From a virus, in the IMG/VR virus record IMGVR_UViG_3300005573_000054, positions 95,484 to 159,483 of that record: 64,000 nucleotides of DNA; one strand, 5' to 3'. The position numbers and the translations under genes were made by a program. Shown one piece after another: positions 48,801 to 56,878 of the stretch. The notes under the pieces were generated by a model. The model saw nothing but the letters and a program-made list of their open reading frames with translations. It ran no database searches and was not told where the DNA came from. How positions within the stretch are numbered: position 1 is the first letter of the stretch; every line of letters begins with the position of its first letter.

Positions 48801-48957
48801 TATAACAAAGACTATCCAGCTTGACCATCCTCTGTTAGGCGGATTCTTTAGTGATATGAAAAAGAATATTAAAAGAGGCGTGATTTCTTCCACAAGTACA
48901 GTTTCGTTTCATAACCTTGATAACACGCTTCTAAGAGTGATCTCGGGAGAAGAGTAA
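45850..48957 (+). CDS. rpoC: Phage multisubunit RNA polymerase beta'-like subunit
   Basis: GLFSWEIFG, GKRIDFSARGV, RDPVIHRLG, catalytic NLDYDGD, bridge helix ARLGIAYRVIKTTEPG, LRSPITC..ICFTCYG and trigger loop SIGERMYQEMMKVFHLGG. Confidence 0.95.
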   Translation: MQLININEVKTYGVVTSPKGYDPKTKTPDPRGLFSWEIFGKTILERSSRFGKIELPVGVFHPIFFEVLKEKERSLIEKVLSNKPYIIHKNQVTFFENPSEASSKGVDPSTLLYGIYSIIKNYRSIFSNTEKPDIREYIIKYDASTLIVNSIPVIPPVFRGDSLEGSTHPLNNLYANLIKYSFRFTSRKLFDEHNPIFGLSCNSIQIMVHEIFLFLMNMYRGKQGILRRNIAGKRIDFSARGVASGDVSVPLDHVKVPVRLLVKIFEPFIIKRFIREFNVSIDDALRIIEKIYYYPHTPELIKEHPEYKRYINVVEEESRDQIVLIKRDPVIHRLGLSAMKVIPSYENTICVNPLETSGFNLDYDGDTVAVFALNSVEAKSQVQKLLNPYHPADPQRLKYTWNKDYSFVFKAVTLDAPEELINLETNSLVKEIWSQTNVNVEGSKYKVTKGLELVFKCLPEKSRSKKVFEDVFYNIWKKNKYLDGGETSTLLLRYLSVEDVKQFLTTCSQKLSEYITYFSECLTLADLITSERINKVFREEITKLKSSSKSDTEFLEKLSSLYKEWSENIVREASKKSSIKKSITTNSVKKVQLLQILLAKGFVEDWKKQVKFITSNIGSGFSEDEFILSGHSARLGIAYRVIKTTEPGVLHRLLSIGLSSVKLSESNLKDCGTTRYINIKNCNKSLLQRLIGRYYVDEVGKLKIITEDDIPLLEGKSIDLRSPITCKSPQICFTCYGEGVNFWNTKEIGLLAGLSIGERMYQEMMKVFHLGGVTQVSFFDPFEFMEKELKMDTRKIKSVLEYNPSSKKMIIKGEDFEVRISTELFEDLAKTISKIDEPVSVEVSELIVSVKTKDGEEDLLFVPGRCMIFVEPHNVIGYDRSEDPPKIVLKFISSDKGKELISMLPSKGGIDRSIMLWKLIVTHSSKLPRMRENELLMLMFNAVKDLGKVALVHYEVLLSHLLRYRQDIRILARLHSPYDPVLVPITKTIQLDHPLLGGFFSDMKKNIKRGVISSTSTVSFHNLDNTLLRVISGEE

Positions 48958-51900
48958 TGGCTGATAAGAAGAAACCAGCAGTAAAACTTAAGAGTGTACA
49001 AATCAAGTCGTTTATCCCTCTTGATTTTGGAGAAAAAGTTCATATCTTCATGTTAAGAGATAAAGATCTTCCTCTTGAAAGAATTGCTAAGGCTTTCAAG
49101 CCTTTCGTGAAGAATAGGATTGGATTGAAAGTATATAGAATGCAGAGGGTGGTGGGGTCATATGTGGTTCAGAGGATTGCTCAGTTTCAGCCATTGGGTA
49201 CTATGAGGTGGACTCCTAAATATGAGTGGTCAGAGTTATCAAGGTATAATACTGTTATTGAAGATATCTCTCCTATAGTGTTTAGAATTGATGCTTACCC
49301 TGCTATAGCTCCTATCTGGAGTACAGTTTTACCTTTTAAGACGGTTCAGGCAAATAGAAGACCAATATTAATGATTGTTAGAGATATCTCCTCTCCAGTC
49401 TCTTTGTCTATTTACAAGACTTTGCTAAACGTGTATTATAGAGTGGTTAGAGGTCAACTTTCATTCGGGTTTATAATCTGTTGCTTTATCACTCCAAAGA
49501 ATTCGTGTAGGTGGATAATCTTAAAGACCCCTGAAGACGAGGGGTCTTCTATAGAGATGAGGTCGATTAGAATTCTAGTGAGGCTCTTAAAGTCCTCTGA
49601 GAAGAAGAGTGTGGTCTCAGATCATGAAAAGTTGCTTCAAGAGGTTGAAGACATTGTACATAAAGCTGTAGAAGAAGATGAGAAAGAAGTGGAACAGCAG
49701 AGAGTCTCTCAAAGTCTCCACCTGGGAAAACAAGAAGTTTCCAGAGAAGTTCATATGGCTGGTAAAACTATAAAGACGTTTGAGAGAAAAGAACCCGAGA
49801 TAGTCAAATACGGGAAAAGACATGAGAGTCAGGCTGTAAAGCAACTTTCTAAGTCGTTGCTCAATACCGAAGATAAGAAAAAAATAGTCAAAGTTGCCTC
49901 AATTAAAAGCTCGAAAGAGACGTTAGATAAAATACATGATATAGTGAAGCAGAAGATTGTTAAGAAAGTCAGTGTGCCTGAAGTAAGTAAAAAAGAGTTG
50001 AAAACCATAAGTGCTCAGTATGAGATGATAAAACAGGATGTACTTGTAGCCGAGAGCACAAAAGAAGATTCTTTCAACTATATTAGGGAAAGAAGCCCTT
50101 TAAAGACGGTAGTAAAGACAGCTTCGAGTAATTTTCTCCTTAACAACAAAGTGTCGACTATTCCCGATCACGCTAGAGCGACATGTGAAGAGGGACCTGA
50201 TTTATTGACAAGTCTTATACAACACGCAGTTGTTTCATTGGGAATGATTCTAGAAAAAGTAGAGAAAGAAAAATACACATATAAGTCGCTTGATAAGACT
50301 CAAGTCAACGCGGGTCAGAAGATAACCTATTACATCAAAGACGGTGACATCACCCATGAGGCATCATTTTTCCTTCCTTCAGTAGATCAACACGGAAGAT
50401 TACTTCTAAACAACCGATACTATACACTTACTTCGCAATTATTTCCAAACCCTTTTAAGAATAGTGTACCCGGAGTCGTAAAGATCTTTACCTTAAAAAA
50501 CTCAATTACCTTTGAGTCGAGAAAGAACTACACTCAAGTAAGGATTGCAGGAGCTACACTAACTCCACCCTTCCTTGTATGTCTTTTGGGAGCAGGAGAG
50601 TCAACGTTTAAAGAGCTTCTTAAGAAATACGGAATTGACTACGTGATAGAAGATGTAGATAAGTTTCCAAAACGACCTTCAAACGTCTATATGTTTCCCT
50701 TATCAAAGACAAAGAGGATCATCTTTAGAAACCTTGATACACCCAAGAAGAAAAGACTTATTCAAGATCTGTTTGTAGCCACAAAGTTAATATATGTTTG
50801 GGAAAAACTTCTTGATTATGAACCACTGTCGCAAGATTGGTGGGCATCATGGTGTAATATCCTCTCTGACAATGTTAACAGTGCATACTACGTTAGACTT
50901 ATATCGAGAATTATCATCGATCCAATAACAGCAAAGTTACTCAAACAGAAAGGTCTTCCTTCCCAGTTGAATGAGTTGCTTCTACATGTCTATGATAAAC
51001 TTGTTGAAGATCCTAACCTGTTGACTCAAGATAAGATAGATATAACAAATTTTAGATTAAGAACGTATGAACAGATTGTCCATCTTGCATATGAGATGTT
51101 CCTTGAGCAGTTGCTCCTTTATGTAAGGAATAGGGACGTCTATAACTTTAGAAAACCTCTTAATATAACTCCGTGGACGATAATTAGTAGATTAGTAGCT
51201 GGATTTAGTGGGTTAAAGCTAAGAGAGTACGTTAATCCTGTAGAAGATGTTACATCAAGAAGTCGTCTTGATTGGAGAGGACAGGGAGGAATAATAGAAA
51301 GAGCAGTTACGATGGATCAACGAGGTCTTCATGATTCGTATAGGGGTCTTGTAGATCCTGTTGATACCTCGGAAGGAGAGTTGGTGGGAGTTTCTCAACA
51401 GGCTGCAAACGCGTTTGATGTTATTACTCATACGGGTATTATTAACACAGAGGTCAAAAAACTTGCGTCAAAGGGACAACTGCTTGGTCCTACTATTAGT
51501 TGTATACCTTTCTCCAGGTTTAATGAAACTACTCGACTTCTTATAGCCTCGTCTCAGCTTAAACAGGCGATTAGAGTCGAAGATATACAGCCTCCCGCAG
51601 TGATGTCAGGTTACGAATCTATTATTTCCGTGTTTGCTTCCGATGAGTTTGTTAAAAAGAGTCCTTGTTCCGGAAAAATAGAAAAAATCACTCTTAACGA
51701 AGTTGTGATCAACTGTGATAATAATCAAGTCCATACGATTAGTCTGGAGCCTGTTTTTGGAAGAAGTGGTTATGGACATCATTCATACCTTGAGTATTCA
51801 CTCTGTGAAGATGTTGCTCCTTCAAAGAGAGTATCATCTGGTCAGATTATAGCTACAAGCCCATTCTTCCATGAAGAATTCTACCAATATGGTAGTAATC

Positions 51901-53231
51901 TTCTTGCAACGTTTCTCTCCTACAAAGGATACACATATGAAGATGGCATTGTGATCTCAGAGTCTACCTCTAAGCGTATGTCAAGTAAACATGTTCATGT
52001 TTATAGGTCATATCTTGAACCAACTGATCGTCTGTTGAGTCTTGGAATTTCAGATGTTGGTAGTATTGTTGAACCAGGTGATGTTCTGTTGACAGTAGAT
52101 TCAAAGGAGTTTTTTAAGTACCTTGATTCTGAATTGTTTGAGAATACTGAAGTCGTAGCAAGTAGCACTGGGTATAAAGTTGTTAGTAGTTGCAGAGGTC
52201 AAGTTAAGAGAGTGAGTATATATGTGACTCCCTCCTATGAGATGGTAATCATTAAAGACCAAAAGGCAAAGAAGTTTATTGTGGAAAAAAAGGATTCAGT
52301 AGTTTATTTTAAGAACAAGCCACTTCAGGGTCTTTATATAGAGATTGAAATAATCTTCGATCTTCCAGTAGGATTGGGAGATAAGTTTGTTTCAAGACAT
52401 GCTAATAAGGGAGTTGTTGCAGCTGTCCTCCCTGATGATGAGATGCCTTTTTCGAAGTTTCACAAGAGGAATGTTGATATTATCTTTTCTCCAGCAGCTG
52501 TTATAGATAGAGCAATAACAGGTCTAGTTTATGAGATGTACATGAGTAATATCAGTTTTGTCCTGGGAGAATATTGGCTTAAGAATGCCTCAAAGGGTTC
52601 TCTCGATAAGACAGAATCACTTTTTAGACATCTACAGATGTGGGATAAACAATCTCAGTTTTACAAAAAGTTTCTGGATGATCTTTTTATAAACCCAGTT
52701 CTTCAGAAGAAAGTGACGTCGCTGTGTAAAAAGACAAAAGGATTGTTCCCACTTCATGTCTTCCCATGGGAAGAGCCAAGTCCACAGGAAATAGCAAAAG
52801 TCTGTCATCTTCTTAATGTGCCTATTAACTACGATCTTGAAGTTTTGACTTCTGATGGAAGAAAAGCCAAGCTTAGCACTGTTGCAGGTTTTCTGTATGT
52901 TATTAAGTTGGAGCATGTTGCCTCTCTTACCAAGTTGAAAGGTAGAAGTATAGGACCATATAATGTTAAGACAGGACAACCAATAGCAGGAAAGCAAGGA
53001 GGTCAACGTCTTGGTGAATTTGAGACGTTTAGTCTTATCTCGTGGGATGTTCCTGATGTTATAAAAGAACTTCACATAGACAATGCGGCATTGAAGAGGA
53101 AGATGTATATGTCGATAATAGAGAAAGGTTCAGTTTCACTTAAGGACATTTACACAGAAGCCAAACACGTATCGAGCAAGGCAGTTAATTTCTCTGATGT
53201 TATCCTTAAGTCGATGTTATTGAAAGCGTAG
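48957..53231 (+). CDS. rpoB: Phage multisubunit RNA polymerase beta-like subunit with N-terminal extension
   Basis: DPVDTSEG, SCIPF...QLKQA, GYTYEDGIVISE, GDKFVSRHANKGVV, YVIKLEH, GGQRLGEFE. Confidence 0.95.
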   Translation: MADKKKPAVKLKSVQIKSFIPLDFGEKVHIFMLRDKDLPLERIAKAFKPFVKNRIGLKVYRMQRVVGSYVVQRIAQFQPLGTMRWTPKYEWSELSRYNTVIEDISPIVFRIDAYPAIAPIWSTVLPFKTVQANRRPILMIVRDISSPVSLSIYKTLLNVYYRVVRGQLSFGFIICCFITPKNSCRWIILKTPEDEGSSIEMRSIRILVRLLKSSEKKSVVSDHEKLLQEVEDIVHKAVEEDEKEVEQQRVSQSLHLGKQEVSREVHMAGKTIKTFERKEPEIVKYGKRHESQAVKQLSKSLLNTEDKKKIVKVASIKSSKETLDKIHDIVKQKIVKKVSVPEVSKKELKTISAQYEMIKQDVLVAESTKEDSFNYIRERSPLKTVVKTASSNFLLNNKVSTIPDHARATCEEGPDLLTSLIQHAVVSLGMILEKVEKEKYTYKSLDKTQVNAGQKITYYIKDGDITHEASFFLPSVDQHGRLLLNNRYYTLTSQLFPNPFKNSVPGVVKIFTLKNSITFESRKNYTQVRIAGATLTPPFLVCLLGAGESTFKELLKKYGIDYVIEDVDKFPKRPSNVYMFPLSKTKRIIFRNLDTPKKKRLIQDLFVATKLIYVWEKLLDYEPLSQDWWASWCNILSDNVNSAYYVRLISRIIIDPITAKLLKQKGLPSQLNELLLHVYDKLVEDPNLLTQDKIDITNFRLRTYEQIVHLAYEMFLEQLLLYVRNRDVYNFRKPLNITPWTIISRLVAGFSGLKLREYVNPVEDVTSRSRLDWRGQGGIIERAVTMDQRGLHDSYRGLVDPVDTSEGELVGVSQQAANAFDVITHTGIINTEVKKLASKGQLLGPTISCIPFSRFNETTRLLIASSQLKQAIRVEDIQPPAVMSGYESIISVFASDEFVKKSPCSGKIEKITLNEVVINCDNNQVHTISLEPVFGRSGYGHHSYLEYSLCEDVAPSKRVSSGQIIATSPFFHEEFYQYGSNLLATFLSYKGYTYEDGIVISESTSKRMSSKHVHVYRSYLEPTDRLLSLGISDVGSIVEPGDVLLTVDSKEFFKYLDSELFENTEVVASSTGYKVVSSCRGQVKRVSIYVTPSYEMVIIKDQKAKKFIVEKKDSVVYFKNKPLQGLYIEIEIIFDLPVGLGDKFVSRHANKGVVAAVLPDDEMPFSKFHKRNVDIIFSPAAVIDRAITGLVYEMYMSNISFVLGEYWLKNASKGSLDKTESLFRHLQMWDKQSQFYKKFLDDLFINPVLQKKVTSLCKKTKGLFPLHVFPWEEPSPQEIAKVCHLLNVPINYDLEVLTSDGRKAKLSTVAGFLYVIKLEHVASLTKLKGRSIGPYNVKTGQPIAGKQGGQRLGEFETFSLISWDVPDVIKELHIDNAALKRKMYMSIIEKGSVSLKDIYTEAKHVSSKAVNFSDVILKSMLLKA

Positions 53232-53241
53232 GAGGAAGTCA

Positions 53242-53805
53242 ATGGAACACACTATAGTAGACCACTCTTATCCCCTTTCAGAGATTGACGAAGAGATACT
53301 TCAAAACGAAGAAGAACTTCTTAGGTATGAAGATACCTCTACAGTTACGTTGTTGTTAAACCTCCGTTATATGTTTAGTGAGTATGTTAATGAAGTTGTT
53401 AATCTTGATATAGACACAATGATGTTCGTAAGGATAAGATGGCCTTTTCTGGAGAAGCTCTTGTCAAGAGCAGCTTCTACCACTGACGTTTACTCCGCTA
53501 TTTTTATCAGTGATGTAGTTGCCTTGTGTAGGTCCTTCGAGAAAGAGGGTTGGTGTTTAAGAAAACTTAGATCGTCTGTGGAAACATCATCAAAAACTCT
53601 TCAGCAAGTCGTATGTGAGTTTCTACAAGATGTGTATAATCTCTATTCCAAGTCAACACTTCTTTCCTATGAAGAGTGTGAAAAAGAAATCGATGACTTC
53701 ATAAAGAACCATTGGGAGGATGAGACGCTTACAAGTGATGAGAGGCAAAGACTCAAGGAAGTACTTCGTATATTATGTATGATTCCAAAGGAGGTTGATA
53801 ATTGA
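53242..53805 (+). CDS. Hypothetical protein
   Basis: AGGAGG RBS. Confidence 0.6.
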   Translation: MEHTIVDHSYPLSEIDEEILQNEEELLRYEDTSTVTLLLNLRYMFSEYVNEVVNLDIDTMMFVRIRWPFLEKLLSRAASTTDVYSAIFISDVVALCRSFEKEGWCLRKLRSSVETSSKTLQQVVCEFLQDVYNLYSKSTLLSYEECEKEIDDFIKNHWEDETLTSDERQRLKEVLRILCMIPKEVDN

Positions 53806-54209
53806 TGATAGAAAAAGAGGCTCAGAGTCTGAGAAAAGAAGAGATCGAGAAGAATAAACAAAAACTCAAGACACATGTAGGATCTCTTGAGGAAGTAGAA
53901 AAAGGTCTTAGAGAACTCGTTCTTGGAAGTATTTCCCAACAAATTCCAGAAACAAAAAAGTTTCAGTATTACAGAATAAAGAGTATAGAGATGCTTACTA
54001 ACTCCTATGAAAAGGTTCTTGACCTTGTCTTGAAGTATAGACAGGCTATACACTCGATGGAGAGTGAGTTGTTAGATAGAGAGTTGTCGGAGAGTGATGT
54101 AAGTCGTAGCTTTGGTCCAGATATGTGGCTGGATCTAATCAAGAATAGTAATCTTCAAGACGAAAGTCTAGAAGACGTACAGACTGAAGAAGATATAGTT
54201 GTTCCATAA
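53802..54209 (+). CDS. Hypothetical helical protein
   Basis: AAGGAGG upstream; translationally coupled to the previous gene. Confidence 0.55.
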   Translation: MMIEKEAQSLRKEEIEKNKQKLKTHVGSLEEVEKGLRELVLGSISQQIPETKKFQYYRIKSIEMLTNSYEKVLDLVLKYRQAIHSMESELLDRELSESDVSRSFGPDMWLDLIKNSNLQDESLEDVQTEEDIVVP

Positions 54210-54236
54210 TAACATCTTACCATTCAGGAGGTAAAC

Positions 54237-55379
54237 ATGAGTAAAATTGTACAGGATGTCTATGAGGTCCTTCAAAACACCTTTACGAAGAATCTCGACT
54301 TGGTTGTTGTGGATGAAAATAATGAGAGAAGACTTCCAACTGATTTTCCGTTGATTGATAAATTCGTTTTTGGTGGAGGTATCCCGATAGGAACGTTTAT
54401 TATGTTCGTGGGACATCCGGGATCATTTAAATCCACGTTTGCTGGAAGTCTTTGCGCTATGGCCCAGAAGCAGGGTGCTATTATTATCTATCTTGATGCA
54501 GAGGCATCTACTACCCAGTCACGTCTTCAAAATCTTGGTATGAAAGATGTAAAACCACTGACTGGAATTACTGTGGAAAAAGTAAATGGGCTTCTTTTAA
54601 ATATTGCGAAGTTGAAGAAAGAGAAAGAAGAACTTAAAGAAGTTCCTTTTATAGTTGTGTGGGATTCTGTTGCCTCAACACCTTGCGAAGCAGATCTTTC
54701 TACAGATGATATAACAAAAACGATTGGTCTTAAGTCTCGACTCTTAAGTAACTTTATGCCTAAGTGGATCAACGAAATACTTCCTAAGAATAACATCTCT
54801 ATATTCTGTATCAACCAGTTAAGAGAGAAAGTTTCTTTGGGAATTACCTCTCCGAGTATTCAGCTTAAGAATCTTTCAAGTGATAAAACTCTACCTGGAG
54901 GAAATGTAATCCAGTACTTGTCAACAGTGATATTCGAGCATAAAGTTAGATCTGTGTTTGATAATCAACTTTCTCCTTATGGGTTTAGATGTAGTCAAGT
55001 AGAGGTGAAAACTGTTAAGAATAAATACTTCGTTGATGCTCTAAAGTTTAACTTTATCTTCTCTCCTGTAGCAGGGCTTAATACTATTTATAGTGAGTTT
55101 GAGTTTTTAAAGTCGTGTAAAAAAGTAGTCTCTAAGGGTGGTTATTGGTATATCGGTGATATGGATGTTAAGTTTAGATTAAAAGAGCTTCAAAGGCTTG
55201 TGACTGTAGAAGAAGACTTTAAAATGAAATGGAAAGATACTGTTGAAACTACTATTGAAGAAGTACAGAAAACTCTTACTTCAGGTGGGTTTGTTGAGGG
55301 AATAATTGGAGATGATTCCAATGGAAGTGTTGAGTCAGAAAAAGAAGAAGTTGAAAGAGGTGAAAGTTTTCTAGAATAA
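54237..55379 (+). CDS. uvsX: RecA/UvsX-like recombinase
   Basis: GGGIP, Walker A GHPGSFKST, YLDAE, VVWDSVA, INQLR, PGG, KNK. Confidence 0.9.
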   Translation: MSKIVQDVYEVLQNTFTKNLDLVVVDENNERRLPTDFPLIDKFVFGGGIPIGTFIMFVGHPGSFKSTFAGSLCAMAQKQGAIIIYLDAEASTTQSRLQNLGMKDVKPLTGITVEKVNGLLLNIAKLKKEKEELKEVPFIVVWDSVASTPCEADLSTDDITKTIGLKSRLLSNFMPKWINEILPKNNISIFCINQLREKVSLGITSPSIQLKNLSSDKTLPGGNVIQYLSTVIFEHKVRSVFDNQLSPYGFRCSQVEVKTVKNKYFVDALKFNFIFSPVAGLNTIYSEFEFLKSCKKVVSKGGYWYIGDMDVKFRLKELQRLVTVEEDFKMKWKDTVETTIEEVQKTLTSGGFVEGIIGDDSNGSVESEKEEVERGESFLE

Positions 55380-55424
55380 TGAACAAAAAATAGAAGATGT
55401 TATTGAATATTTAGGAGGGTCTTT

Positions 55425-55898
55425 ATGTCTCTCGAAGGACAAATAAGAAAGATTATTAATTTCGAAACAAAAATTCTTTCGAATCTGGTTTACGGAAGAC
55501 CAACTATATCTAGAAAAGAAAAGGTGGAGCTTTTGAAACTTCTTGAGGCATCTTATTCTCTTCTTACTCCTACGGAAAAGAAAGCGAGGCTCCAACTTCT
55601 AGAAGGTCTTAGAGTAAAATCTGAGAAACTGAGGGAAACCGAAAGTTTTTCTGATTTCCAGTCTCTATTTGCTGTTACAGAAGAGTTGAAGAAGTATGTC
55701 TTCGAGAATATTAGTGGAACTAGTCATTCAGTTAAGTTACTCAAGGGACCTAAGCATGCTCAGTTCACATTAACGTTTAACTACCTTGTTCCATTTTCAA
55801 AGAAAAACGAGATAAAAGAGCAGAATGATGTCAGTAATCTTACAAAGATGAGGACTCTTGCGAGATCCCTTGGAAAGATTATTTTCTATCAATGTTAA
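55425..55898 (+). CDS. Hypothetical protein
   Basis: AGGAGG RBS; preceded by GAACAAA at 55381. Confidence 0.6.
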   Translation: MSLEGQIRKIINFETKILSNLVYGRPTISRKEKVELLKLLEASYSLLTPTEKKARLQLLEGLRVKSEKLRETESFSDFQSLFAVTEELKKYVFENISGTSHSVKLLKGPKHAQFTLTFNYLVPFSKKNEIKEQNDVSNLTKMRTLARSLGKIIFYQC

Positions 55899-56833
55899 AA
55901 GAATATCTCAAGAACAAAACTATAGAAGAAGTTTTCTCTAAAGATGATAGTAGTTTTAAAACAACTTCTTCCTCCCACAAACATGGTCTACCTCCCAGTG
56001 ATCTAGAGGTTGAGCAGGAGACGAAAGTCTCTTCTCTTCCTCTAGACACAAACAACAACCACTTAATAGAAACAATAGATAACTACTTCGAGTTGTTCTA
56101 TAAAGATCTTAGGAAAGATGCATTTGCTCAGTCTCTAGCGTACCCTTCTGATCTTGAAAAGGGTTATACGATAACAGAGTTGAGTGACTGTCTCCTCAAA
56201 GTGTATTTTTTGAGGAAGCAGAAGGAGTTGATAAAAAGGAATATCTTTTTTATCAATGAAAACAACGTCTTTGAAACAATCCAGCTGTATGCTATAAAAG
56301 GTACAGCGACTCATAAGTTTGTAGAAGAGAAACTTAAGAAGATCCTCTCGAATAAACTGTCAAATGATATCCTTCTTGAACCTTCTCTTTCCCATGAAGA
56401 GCTTAATATACGAGGAAGAGCTGATATCATATGTCCTGATCAGAAATTAATAATCGAGCTTAAGTCTAAAGATAAGCCGTGCAATCCATCTACATCCGAT
56501 GGATTACAGTATAAGATTCAACTCTACTTACAGATGTACCTCGCAAGAAATGGTCTAGTTCATGGAGTTATCGATGAAAATACTCTTCAAAAGATCCGGC
56601 AAGTCCAGTATGGAGTTCTGTGGTTTTTCTTTCCAAAGAAGTACTATATAGTTGAGTGGGATGAAGTAAAAGTACAAGGTTTAATTGATAGAATCAAACT
56701 TCTTAGCACACTATTGTCGCTTCCTTTTCAAGAAGTCGTTTCTCTAAGAAAAGATAGCTTAAAATTGTTGATGAATAAGTCGTTCTGCTTCTTTTGTATT
56801 ATCGATCATACATGTAAGAAGATTCTTTCTTAA
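55892..56833 (+). CDS. Cas4-like PD-(D/E)xK exonuclease with Fe-S cysteines
   Basis: SDC..KVYF, GTATH, RGRAD, IIELKS, QLYLQ and C-terminal CxxCxxxxxC. Confidence 0.8.
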   Translation: MLKEYLKNKTIEEVFSKDDSSFKTTSSSHKHGLPPSDLEVEQETKVSSLPLDTNNNHLIETIDNYFELFYKDLRKDAFAQSLAYPSDLEKGYTITELSDCLLKVYFLRKQKELIKRNIFFINENNVFETIQLYAIKGTATHKFVEEKLKKILSNKLSNDILLEPSLSHEELNIRGRADIICPDQKLIIELKSKDKPCNPSTSDGLQYKIQLYLQMYLARNGLVHGVIDENTLQKIRQVQYGVLWFFFPKKYYIVEWDEVKVQGLIDRIKLLSTLLSLPFQEVVSLRKDSLKLLMNKSFCFFCIIDHTCKKILS

Positions 56834-56878
56834 AATTTTACGGAACAAATAAAAAGATAGCTTCAGGGAGAACTGAAA

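Noticed and set aside
45850-53231. Bacterial chromosomal rpoBC locus, or inteins/introns in RNAP
   Set aside because: Reversed gene order, high divergence, no ribosomal protein genes and a phage context. No intein termini or ORF breaks seen.
5121-54220. TAACAT as a separate promoter (5121, ~42984, 44201, 54210)
   Set aside because: It often overlaps TAA stop codons and is sometimes too close to the RBS, so it cannot be distinguished from chance.
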